Assembly: GCA_029715105.1 (NCBI GenBank)
Contig: CP085695.1
Location: 30,001 to 62,000 of the forward strand
Direction: 5' to 3'
DNA length: 32,000 bases
Source of the DNA: Candidatus Saccharimonadota bacterium
GTDB lineage: Bacteria > Pseudomonadota > Alphaproteobacteria > Rickettsiales > Anaplasmataceae
Position numbers and translations under genes: made by a program. The notes under the pieces are model-generated. The model ran no database searches, was not told the origin of the DNA, and was given only the letters and a program-made list of their open reading frames with translations. The stretch's first letter is position 1. Every line of letters begins with the position of its first letter. Shown here piece by piece: positions 19,877 to 28,608 of this stretch.

Positions 19877-20407
19877 TTAAACCTCAATCAACAATTGATA
19901 AAGACATTAAAGAACAAGTGTTTTATTTAATGTTGTGTATAAACTATTGTAATTATGTAATTGCAAGCAAAATCCGCTAAATTAAACTATAAAAATATAA
20001 ATATAGAAACCAATCAATATCATAATTCTTTGAACTGTACAAGCTATATTTATATAATTTCTAATCCTTTCTAATTTTGGTAGGTTGTTATGGTGTGTTG
20101 CCTAGTGACAATAATAAGTGAATTTATGTAGAATTTAGTTTAAGTTGTTAGTTATTTAAGGAGATAACAGAGCTGGAAAGTTATTTTTATTTATTTTTTA
20201 AATTTATTTAAATATTAAAAATTTAATTTAAATTTCATTTATTGCTTTTATTTTATTGCTATAAAATGTATTGCTATAAATTTTTAGTTAAAACTAAAAC
20301 TATTTTAGTTTAGCATGGCACTGTATCCCTTGTGTATATTGTAATATATTGATTCTCAATGTTGATATTAAAATGAAAATTTAGATTTTAAAAATCTGGT
20401 GTTATGT

Positions 20408-21295
20408 TTATAATTTAGGGATTTTAATTTTTGTTAGTCCATTTTTGCAGTCAATCATTTCAGCACTTGGAAAGTGTTTTTTAAACCAAGAGTATTGGCG
20501 TTTTGCGTAATGCCTTGTATTCGCTTGAGCAATTTCTATTGCTTCATTTAAACTTAATTTACCGTTAAAATATTTTATAATTTCTGGTATTCCGTGTGCC
20601 TTCATAGCTGGTAAATGTTGATCTATATCCATACTGAACAGTTTTTTCACCTCATCAATTACTCCATTTTTAATCATTTTGATAAAACGGGAATTTATTT
20701 TTTGATATACGTTTTCACGTTCAGGTAGAATTATATATATTTTAAAATTTTTGAGTAAAGGGGGTTGTTTATATTTTTGCCATGTATAAATAGATTTACC
20801 TGTTTCAAGAATAACTTCAAGTGCTCTTGATAATCGATATGAGTCGTTCATAAATATTTTACCTCGAATTTTTGGGTCTTTGTTCAGTACTAGCTTATAT
20901 AGTTCCTCTTTATTTAGTTTTTTTTTAAGTTCGTTTACATTTTTTTTTATTTCTTGACTTATTTGTGGAATTTCCGATAAACCGTTAATTAAGCTGCTTA
21001 TATAAAGTCCACTTCCTCCAGTTATAATGGGTATTCGTGAATTTTTTAGTGTATTATTTATTTCTCCTTTTAAATCTTTTAGCCATAAACCTACGGAGTA
21101 ATTTTTTACTACTGAAACATAACCATATAGTTTATGAATTTTTTTTTGTTTTGATGGTTGCGAAGTGATTATTGGGATTTCTTTATATATTTGCTTTGAA
21201 TCACAGTTTATTATATCTATATTCTCATATTTTTTTATTAAGTTATCGCATAATTTCGATTTACCCGAAGCTGTAATTCCTGTAATGATAATCAC
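20408..21295 (-). CDS. miaA: tRNA dimethylallyltransferase
   Basis: P-loop ITGITASGKSKL right at the N-terminus if translation starts at the in-frame GTG (complement of 21293-21295), then INCDSKQIYKEIPIITSQP. The ORF-track version extends about 101 codons further, to 21598. That extension has no ATG and lies antisense to the neighbouring + strand gene, so I trimmed it. The exact start is uncertain. Confidence 0.85.
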   Translation of the reverse strand: MIIITGITASGKSKLCDNLIKKYENIDIINCDSKQIYKEIPIITSQPSKQKKIHKLYGYVSVVKNYSVGLWLKDLKGEINNTLKNSRIPIITGGSGLYISSLINGLSEIPQISQEIKKNVNELKKKLNKEELYKLVLNKDPKIRGKIFMNDSYRLSRALEVILETGKSIYTWQKYKQPPLLKNFKIYIILPERENVYQKINSRFIKMIKNGVIDEVKKLFSMDIDQHLPAMKAHGIPEIIKYFNGKLSLNEAIEIAQANTRHYAKRQYSWFKKHFPSAEMIDCKNGLTKIKIPKL

Positions 21296-21386
21296 TTTTG
21301 TTGTATCGATTTGTAAGCTTGTATATAAACTGTAGTTATTGCATGATAATTTATTATAATATATATTCTTGAAAAGGACAAGTTTT

Positions 21387-21845
21387 ATGAAAAACAGTAA
21401 TGGTGGTGATTCATTTGTTAGGCGTTTTGCAAACACGAGTAAGGTTGTTGCTGGTGTAGGAAATTTTTCAAGTAGATATTCATTTAAAAATACTAAAAAT
21501 AGGGGATGTATATTAGAAAAACTGGAGAAAGTAGTAAGAAGAAAAAGAAAAACTGAATTTAGAGATAATGTAAAAAGCAGTAGCAAGGTTGTTAACAAGA
21601 AGTCTTTTGTTAATTCAACAAAAAGAAGTAGATCAGACCTCGTATATTTAGTTCGCGGTAAAGACTGCGGGAAGGATGCATGGCATTATGTGTTAATTGA
21701 TAAAAATAAGAAAGAGATGTTTCTTGCAAAAAGTAGGACAGGTTCTATGGACGTTACAGATTATGGAGAAGTTATATGTTCAGGATGGGGAAAAGATCCA
21801 CCACAAGAAGTAATTGATAAAATCAATGAAGAGTTTGGATTGTAA
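21387..21845 (+). CDS. hypothetical protein: basic low-complexity N-terminal half plus a compact C-terminal domain
   Basis: ATG at 21387 (the ORF track uses TTG at 21369). There is no other in-frame ATG before the C-terminal segment DLVYLVRGKDCGKDAWHYVLIDKNKKEMFLAKSRTGSMDVTDYGEVICSGWGKDPPQEVIDKINEEFGL. That segment has non-random, globular-looking composition. I cannot name a family from memory. Confidence 0.6.
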   Translation: MKNSNGGDSFVRRFANTSKVVAGVGNFSSRYSFKNTKNRGCILEKLEKVVRRKRKTEFRDNVKSSSKVVNKKSFVNSTKRSRSDLVYLVRGKDCGKDAWHYVLIDKNKKEMFLAKSRTGSMDVTDYGEVICSGWGKDPPQEVIDKINEEFGL

Positions 21846-22086
21846 TAATATTAAAGAGACTCAAAATCTGTTTTATTTGCATTGAAATTAAAACTTTAGT
21901 TTTTGTATAAAAGCTTTTGTTTTATTTGGGTCTCATTTTGATTGAGAGTTTTGATTTTGCATGAGAAATGGAATTATTTAAGTGTTATGTGGGTGTTATT
22001 CTTTTACCAGAGAGTAAAGTTTAGTTGTTTATGTAATTTTGCTAGAGAGCTTTGCTTTTCTATTTAAAGATCAGAGATTTTAAGAG

Positions 22087-22635
22087 ATGAAAGATAGTTT
22101 TGTTAATCAAAATAACGAGTATCAATACGTTAATACTAATTTGGTATGTCTTGGAGTTATTGCTTCTCCACATGGGATTAATGGGGCTGTTAAGATAAAA
22201 ACTTTTACTGAAAAGCCGAAGAATATTTCTTTATACGGTGAGCTGATTAGTGATGATAATAGGAATTATAAAATAGATTCAGTATTTGTTTTAAGTGATA
22301 GTTTAGTGATAGCTACGATAGGAGGAGTAAATTCTCGTAATGGGGCAGAGCATTTAAGAAATAAGAAATTATATGTAGAAAGAAGTAAGTTACCAAAACT
22401 AAATAAAAATGAATTTTATGAGAGAGATCTTGTTAATATGGAAGTAAGATTAGGGAATGACAAGCTATATGGTTATGTAAAATCTGTATACAATTTTGGA
22501 TCAGGAGATGTATTGGAGATTTTTGTTAACGGTGAAAAAAAAAATGTTATGTTTTCTTTCACTAAGGAGATATTTCCGCGTATAAACATGAAGAGGAAGT
22601 ATATAACGCTTAATATTCCAGAGTTTATTGGTTAA
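22087..22635 (+). CDS. rimM: 16S rRNA processing protein RimM
   Basis: 182 aa. The N-terminal [26 protein letters not shown] matches the RimM beta-barrel signature, and a PRC-barrel-like C-terminus follows. Confidence 0.85.
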   Translation: MKDSFVNQNNEYQYVNTNLVCLGVIASPHGINGAVKIKTFTEKPKNISLYGELISDDNRNYKIDSVFVLSDSLVIATIGGVNSRNGAEHLRNKKLYVERSKLPKLNKNEFYERDLVNMEVRLGNDKLYGYVKSVYNFGSGDVLEIFVNGEKKNVMFSFTKEIFPRINMKRKYITLNIPEFIG

Positions 22636-22725
22636 TTTTAAGTTAAATAAAGGTTTTGATATTTCTTGTAAAGAAGTATTATATACTCGATAAGTAAGTA
22701 AAAAAAACAGAAGGAAGGGGTTATT

Positions 22726-23298
22726 GTGCTAGAAAAAGCTAACGACATTAGATCTGGTCAAATATTAGAATATAATGGAGGTTTGTTTTTGATAATAAGC
22801 GTTATGCACACTAAGCCTGGTAAGGGTGGTGCATATATACAGGTAGAAATGAAGAATATTAAAACTGGAGTAAAGTATTATGAGAGATTTCGTTCTGATG
22901 TGACAGTTAAAAGAGCAATCTTAGATGAACAGGAGTATATTTATCTTTTTTCTGAAGGAGATATTGCAAATCTTATGCATCCAAATAATTATGAGCATAT
23001 TATTATAGGTTTAGATTTATTAGGAGAGAAAAGAATTTATTTAAAAAATAATATGAGGATTAGAGTAATAATTTATCAGGGTAAAATAATTTCTGCACGT
23101 GTTCCTGATTATGTTACATTAACTGTAAAAGGAACAGACTCTGTTATTAAAGGGCAAACTGTTATTTCTTCTTATAAGCCAGCTATTTTAGAAAATGGAA
23201 TGCGTATTAATGTGCCTCAATTTATAGAAGAAGAGAATGAAATTATAGTATATACTGTGGATGATAGTTACTATGGAAGGGTAAAAAATAGGGGGTAG
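22726..23298 (+). CDS. efp: elongation factor P
   Basis: 190 aa with a GTG start preceded by GAAGGAAGGGG. The loop HTKPGKGGAYIQVEMKN carries the conserved tip lysine. Confidence 0.95.
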   Translation: MLEKANDIRSGQILEYNGGLFLIISVMHTKPGKGGAYIQVEMKNIKTGVKYYERFRSDVTVKRAILDEQEYIYLFSEGDIANLMHPNNYEHIIIGLDLLGEKRIYLKNNMRIRVIIYQGKIISARVPDYVTLTVKGTDSVIKGQTVISSYKPAILENGMRINVPQFIEEENEIIVYTVDDSYYGRVKNRG

Positions 23299-23300
23299 GG

Positions 23301-24023
23301 TTGTCTATTTTATCGCCACGGATCGATGTAATGCTTTATTCTGTACGTAGTGCTTCAAAGCAGCTTATGCGTGATTTCAATGAACTGCAAATTTCTAGTA
23401 TTAGATCATCAGATTTTATTAATAAAACTTATTTAAGATGCAAACAAACTATATATAATTGTTTATATAATTATAAACAGGATTATAGTTTTGTTTTTGA
23501 AGATAATATTAATGATCAGGAAATAAGAGATGATGTTTACACTTGGTTTGTTATACCTATAGAGGGTAGAGAGAATTTTTCCAGTTGTATGGTTTATTTT
23601 GCGGTATCAGTTTGTTTAATCTATAAAAATAAGGTTGTAGCTGCTGTAATTGATGCTCCTGCTTTGAGAGAGACTTTTTGGGCAGAAGAAAAAAGGGGAG
23701 CTTTTCTTGAGGATTTTAGATCTCGTTATATAAAAATGAGAGTGAAAAATCATAAAGGATGTTTAATAGATGCAAGTAATAATTTATTGAATAAATTACT
23801 ATCTAATAATAAAAATGTACGTTCTATAGGTTCAATAATTTTGGGTTTTGCATATTTTGCTGCAGGAAGATATAGTGGAATAGTTTATTCCGGGGTTAGT
23901 AGGTATAAAACTTTGCTTGGTAGACTTTTTTTGCAAGAAAGTAGCGGAAGATTGATAGAGGATAACGGGTTGATTATTTCTGGAGATATTAAAATTAATA
24001 TAAATAAAGAAGTTATAAATTAA
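23301..24023 (+). CDS. SuhB/inositol monophosphatase-family protein with degenerate catalytic motifs
   Basis: 240 aa, collinear with E. coli SuhB as I recall its sequence: YFAVSV core, VAAVIDAP, IGSIILGFAYFAAGR. The TTG start lies 2 nt after the efp stop, with AGGGGG about 5 nt upstream. The DPxDGT motif reads IPIEGR and the WDxAAG motif reads YKTLLG. Confidence 0.8.
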   Translation: MSILSPRIDVMLYSVRSASKQLMRDFNELQISSIRSSDFINKTYLRCKQTIYNCLYNYKQDYSFVFEDNINDQEIRDDVYTWFVIPIEGRENFSSCMVYFAVSVCLIYKNKVVAAVIDAPALRETFWAEEKRGAFLEDFRSRYIKMRVKNHKGCLIDASNNLLNKLLSNNKNVRSIGSIILGFAYFAAGRYSGIVYSGVSRYKTLLGRLFLQESSGRLIEDNGLIISGDIKININKEVIN

Positions 24024-24189
24024 GTTTTTTAAAAATAGAGTTTTTTTAAGTTGTTTCTTATTATAGGAATTGAATTTTGAAATATTTTAGAGTTTTTTGG
24101 ATTATTTAAGCTATAAGCGTGATACTAGAGAATTTAGTTTGTAGAAATAATTTATTTAGATAAGATGTTTTGAATTTTAATTTTGATTG

Positions 24190-24201
24190 AGTGGATAATG
24201 A
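24190..24201. repeat. copy 1 of exact 12-bp direct repeat AGTGGATAATGA (complement TCATTATCCACT, containing the DnaA-box core TTATCCAC)
   Basis: Read directly from the sequence. It is identical to 24821-24832. Confidence 0.9.
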
Positions 24202-24820
24202 TAGTGCTATAAACTAGAAATAAGTTTGCCTATTTCAACTAAAAGTAAAATTTGATTGTCACTGCGGTTTAGTAAAATTGCAATTTGGAGAAAATTTATT
24301 CATTAAATTGATAGAGTGCAGTAAGTTTTTATATGTGAGTAAAATGTTTGTTTTGATAAAATGTTAAAGTAACGAAATTGATTTCAATAAAAGAAATAGA
24401 AATATGTTAGTATATTATAAATGTATAAAATGTTTATCTGGTATAAAATTTTTTATTTTATTAGTAATTTGCTGTGTAAGATTTGCTCTATTTAAAAATT
24501 ATGTATGGTGGTAAATTATTTTACCATTTGAAGGGATGAGTATAAAATTTTTACTTTTAAAGTTATTCAATAACCTGTTGTTTTCTCAGGAAATGTATAT
24601 TTGAAATAGCTATTATTTTATTAGTATTTGTATACTAGTAGATTTTGCGAAATAGATTTATAAAATTTTACATGTTAATTATTATAATATATAATCTATG
24701 TAATCAGCATTGTAATATGTAATCAAGTATTGTGTAAACGAGGAGGAGTCTATAGAATTTCTATTAAAACTTTTGATAATTGATGAATAAAATAAAGTAA
24801 TTTATATCATAAAATGAAAT

Positions 24821-24832
24821 AGTGGATAATGA
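24821..24832. repeat. copy 2 of exact 12-bp direct repeat AGTGGATAATGA
   Basis: Read directly from the sequence, 631 bp downstream of copy 1 and in the same orientation. Confidence 0.9.
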
Positions 24833-25195
24833 AGACATTTGTAAAATGTGTTGCTCTTTAATATAATAAGAATATTAAGAGAAGATTTGAATGTCATATT
24901 GTGTCATCATATTATATTAAATAATATTTTTGTTATACTCCAAAAGTTGGAAACAAAAACTTTGTTTAGTGAGATAGGTGTGTGGTAAAACGGGGTGTGT
25001 TAACAAAAATTTGACGCGGATATGCAAATCTATGGTAGACCAAAAATTGGCAAAATCCATAATTTTGTTGACTTCTTTTGTCACCGAATAATGATTTATT
25101 CTTTGATAAAGTTATGTTATAATCTGTTACATATATTTTGTAAAGATCTTTATTTATATTATATACAGGTTAGTTATATAGGAAATAGATAGCTA

Positions 25196-28100
25196 ATGAC
25201 CATCTCTATACAGGAACCTAATGAATTAAGAAAGCGTTTACAGGGGATTTATCGTGCAGATGAAAAGAGTTATGTGCGTTATCTTGTAGAAAAAACAGAA
25301 CTTTCAATTGATTCAAAAAATAGAATTTATAATATTGCGAAACAAATTATTGAAAAGATTAAAGGTAATAAGTTAGACATTATAGATTCATTTATGCAAC
25401 AATATTCGCTTTCTAATGATGAGGGAGTGGCGCTAATGTGTCTTGCTGAATCATTACTCAGGATACCGGATGATTATACAATAGATGAGTTGATTAAGGA
25501 TAAGATTGTAAATCAAGAATGGAGTAAACACTTAGGATGCTCCTCTTCATTGTTTGTTAATGCTTCTACGTGGAGTTTAATGATAGGTAGTAGTATACTG
25601 AGGACTAGCGAAGAAGATTCAAAATTTTATTATGTTATTTCTAAGTTGATCAAGAATTTAGGAGAGCAAGTAATTCGTAGAGCTGTAAAACAGGCAATGT
25701 TAATGCTTGGTAAGCATTTTATTGTTGGAGAAAATATAGAGGAAGCATTAGAAAACGTAAAATCGGATGATGGATTTTTATATTCTTTCGATATGCTTGG
25801 TGAGGCTGCTTGTACATCTGAAGATGCAGAGGAATATTTTAATTCTTATATGCATTCGATAAAAATTATAGGTAGTAAGTTTATAGGTACGGGTGATTGT
25901 TTTAAATCAAATGGAATTTCAATAAAGTTATCTGCATTACATCCACGTTATGAATTCTGTCAGTTTAGTAACATAATTGAAGAATTAAAAAATAAGGTTT
26001 TAGAGCTTTGTCATGAGGCAAAAAAATATAATATTTCATTGTGCATAGACGCAGAGGAATCAGAGAGACTTGAGATGTCATTGATTTTGTTTGAACAATT
26101 ACGCTTTGATAAATCGCTTTCTGATTGGGAGGGACTTGGTTTAGCTGTTCAGGCTTATCAGAAACGTGCTTTACTTGTTCTCGATTTTATTGAAGATATT
26201 GCTATTCGTTCAAATCATAAAATTATGGTAAGACTTGTTAAGGGAGCGTATTGGGATTCAGAAATTAAACATGCGCAGGAATTAGGATTAGATGGATATC
26301 CTGTGTTTACTAGAAAGAGCTACACAGATGTATGTTATCTTGCTTGTGCTCAGAAGCTTTTAAGCAAGGCAAGTCATTTTTATCCGTGTTTTGGGACTCA
26401 TAACGCTTATACTTTTGCTACTATAATAGAACTTGCTGACAAAAATCATCCTGGATTTGAGTTTCAACGTTTGTATGGAATGGGTAAGGGTTTATATGAT
26501 TATGTAATGTCGGAATTGGCAACAGGTGTAGATTGTCGCACATATGCACCTGTTGGTAAGCATAGTAATTTGTTGCCCTACCTTATTAGACGCCTTCTTG
26601 AAAATGGAGCTAATAGTTCGTTCATTCATAAAATGAATGATTTTAATGTTAAGATTGAAGAATTAGTTTTTGATCCGTTAGAAAAAGCTAAAAGTTTAAA
26701 ATATGAATCTCATCCCAGCATTCCGTTACCACGAGATATCTTTGGAAAAGATAGGAAAAATTCTTTAGGAATGGATATCAGTGATTCAGTTGTAATTTCA
26801 CAGTTTATGAACGATATAAAAGAATTTAGCAAAAAGAAATGGCAAATTGGACCAATAATTGATGGGGAGTCACTATTTAGTAACACTGAGTTTACTGAAG
26901 TAACTAACCCAGCATGTTTAGAAAACGTAATCGGAGAGGTATCTAGTACAACAGATGATCAGGCCTTAAATGCTCTTAAAATAGCACATAGTGCCTTTAT
27001 AAAATGGCAAAATGTTTCAGCGGGAAAGCGCGCTGAATGTCTTGAAAGAGCTGCAGATTTGCTTGAAGAGAGGATGAAGAAGTTAATTTATATTTTGATT
27101 GTAGAGGCAGGGAAGATTTTACCTGATGCAATAGCAGAAGTAAGAGAGGCGGTAGATTTTTTACGTTATTATGCAATGATAGCAAAAAGTGAGTTGAATA
27201 GATGGAGAAAATTACCAGGCCCAACTGGCGAAGATAATTTTATTTTTTTTGAAGGTAGGGGGGTTTTTTTATGTATATCACCGTGGAATTTTCCACTTGC
27301 TATTTTTGTTGGACAGATTGCAGCTGCGCTTGTAGCTGGTAATTCGGTATTGGCAAAACCAGCAGAACAAACACCAATTGTTGCTTATAAGGTTATTGAG
27401 ATATTGCACGAAGCAGGAATACCAAAAGATGTGCTACATTTTATTCCAGGAGATGGTTGTCGTTTAGGTAAAATATTAATATCAGATGATAGGGTTTCTG
27501 GTATAGTTTTTACTGGTTCAATACAAACTGCTATTCTAATTAATAGAATACTTGCTGATAGAAATGGTCCTATTATACCCTTTATTGCTGAAACTGGTGG
27601 GTTAAATGCTATGGTTGTAGATAGTTCTGCTCTTCTGGAGCAGGTAACAATAGATGTTTTAATTTCTGCGTTTCGTAGTGCTGGTCAGCGTTGTTCTGCA
27701 CTTAGAGTATTGTTTATTCAAGAAGATATAGCTGAAAAACAGATAAAGATGATATGTAATGCAGCTCAGGAGTTGAGAGTTGGGGACCCGATACAGTTTA
27801 GCACCGATATTGGACCAATAATTGATAGGGCGTCTATTGATACTTTAAGTAAGTATACAGAGAAAATGTCTAGAGATAAAGATTCAAATCTTTTATTTAA
27901 AAAATTTATAAATATAAATTTTTGTAATGGTTATTTCTTTTCTCCATGCATTTATGAAATAAAAAGGATTTCGCAATTAAGACAAGAGATATTTGGTCCT
28001 GTTTTGCATATTATACGATTTAGTAAGTCACAATTGGATAAGGTTATAAGTGATATAAATAACACGGGATATGGTCTTACATTTTCTTTGCAAAGTCGTA

Positions 28101-28333
28101 TAAGAAATCAGATTGATTTGATAAGTAAGAAGATATCAGTTGGGAATGTATATATTAATCGTAATCAAATAGGTGCAATAGTTGGTGTGCAGCCGTTTGG
28201 TGGTAGAGGATTATCTGGTACTGGGCCAAAAGCAGGAGGGCCTTATTATTTACATCGTTTTTCTACAGAAAAAGTTGTAAGTATAAATACTACAGCGTTT
28301 GGTGGTAATACTGGATTAATACATTTAGATTGA
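25196..28333 (+). CDS. putA: bifunctional proline dehydrogenase / L-glutamate gamma-semialdehyde (P5C) dehydrogenase
   Basis: 1045 aa. The PRODH barrel carries CFGTHNAYT and RRLLENGANSSF. The ALDH domain carries EAGKILPDAIAEVREAVDFLRYY, FIAETGGLNAMVVDSSA and the catalytic-Cys region AGQRCSALRVLF. No N-terminal ribbon-helix-helix DNA-binding domain is evident. Confidence 0.95.
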   Translation: MTISIQEPNELRKRLQGIYRADEKSYVRYLVEKTELSIDSKNRIYNIAKQIIEKIKGNKLDIIDSFMQQYSLSNDEGVALMCLAESLLRIPDDYTIDELIKDKIVNQEWSKHLGCSSSLFVNASTWSLMIGSSILRTSEEDSKFYYVISKLIKNLGEQVIRRAVKQAMLMLGKHFIVGENIEEALENVKSDDGFLYSFDMLGEAACTSEDAEEYFNSYMHSIKIIGSKFIGTGDCFKSNGISIKLSALHPRYEFCQFSNIIEELKNKVLELCHEAKKYNISLCIDAEESERLEMSLILFEQLRFDKSLSDWEGLGLAVQAYQKRALLVLDFIEDIAIRSNHKIMVRLVKGAYWDSEIKHAQELGLDGYPVFTRKSYTDVCYLACAQKLLSKASHFYPCFGTHNAYTFATIIELADKNHPGFEFQRLYGMGKGLYDYVMSELATGVDCRTYAPVGKHSNLLPYLIRRLLENGANSSFIHKMNDFNVKIEELVFDPLEKAKSLKYESHPSIPLPRDIFGKDRKNSLGMDISDSVVISQFMNDIKEFSKKKWQIGPIIDGESLFSNTEFTEVTNPACLENVIGEVSSTTDDQALNALKIAHSAFIKWQNVSAGKRAECLERAADLLEERMKKLIYILIVEAGKILPDAIAEVREAVDFLRYYAMIAKSELNRWRKLPGPTGEDNFIFFEGRGVFLCISPWNFPLAIFVGQIAAALVAGNSVLAKPAEQTPIVAYKVIEILHEAGIPKDVLHFIPGDGCRLGKILISDDRVSGIVFTGSIQTAILINRILADRNGPIIPFIAETGGLNAMVVDSSALLEQVTIDVLISAFRSAGQRCSALRVLFIQEDIAEKQIKMICNAAQELRVGDPIQFSTDIGPIIDRASIDTLSKYTEKMSRDKDSNLLFKKFININFCNGYFFSPCIYEIKRISQLRQEIFGPVLHIIRFSKSQLDKVISDINNTGYGLTFSLQSRIRNQIDLISKKISVGNVYINRNQIGAIVGVQPFGGRGLSGTGPKAGGPYYLHRFSTEKVVSINTTAFGGNTGLIHLD

Positions 28334-28608
28334 TTACATGAGGTTTATTTTTTTTAATTAGAATTTTTGGTCAAGTTATGTTGATTGTGTTTGTAAGTTA
28401 TTTAAAATTCTTTTAGTAAGACTTTTATTAAATTTGAGGTTAAGGTTATGTTAAATAAAATGATAAAAGTAGGTATGTCTCATGACATTAAGCTTTTGAT
28501 TTTCTTTTTATTTTGATAAAACGTCTAATTGTATTAGAGTTTAAAGAGTTGAGGGAGTTTTTGTAATATGAGTGTGAGATATAGCTGCGTTATAAGTTAG
28601 TAAATTGT

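Noticed and set aside
21296-21598. A hydrophobic extension of about 101 codons on the N-terminus of MiaA (MLTTLLLLFTLSLNSVFLFLL...), which would make it a membrane-anchored MiaA.
   Set aside because: The extension has no ATG and precedes the P-loop, which normally sits at the very N-terminus of MiaA. It also lies antisense to the 5' half of the plus-strand gene 21387-21845, whose conserved-looking C-terminal domain requires that upstream start. An in-frame GTG at 21295 gives a normal-length MiaA of 295 aa.
21856-21934. A 10-bp long-range inverted repeat GAGACTCAAA / TTTGGGTCTC enclosing 59 nt downstream of the hypothetical gene, plus a TGTTTTATTTG direct repeat.
   Set aside because: The stem has one G-U pair and a very large AT-rich loop, and I cannot assess conservation. 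It could be a weak terminator, but the evidence is too thin to annotate.
24404-24514. 36-codon ORF MLVYYKCIKCLSGIKFFILLVICCVRFALFKNYVWW, a possible small membrane peptide with a CxxC.
   Set aside because: It has no convincing Shine-Dalgarno, its composition is what AT-rich spacer yields by chance, and nothing supports conservation.
24741-24746. A perfect AGGAGG Shine-Dalgarno-like hexamer inside the spacer.
   Set aside because: No ATG, GTG or TTG lies at a usable distance downstream. The nearest ATG (24783) opens a 5-codon ORF.
24024-25195. Calling this spacer the chromosomal replication origin.
   Set aside because: I found only two strong DnaA-box-like sites plus one weak one. I found no exact CtrA TTAA-N7-TTAA site (closest is TTAACAAAAATTTGA at 25001-25015) and no convincing IHF site. 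The flanking genes (suhB-like and putA) are not the hemE-type context reported for Rickettsiales origins. I kept it as an open finding, not as a feature.
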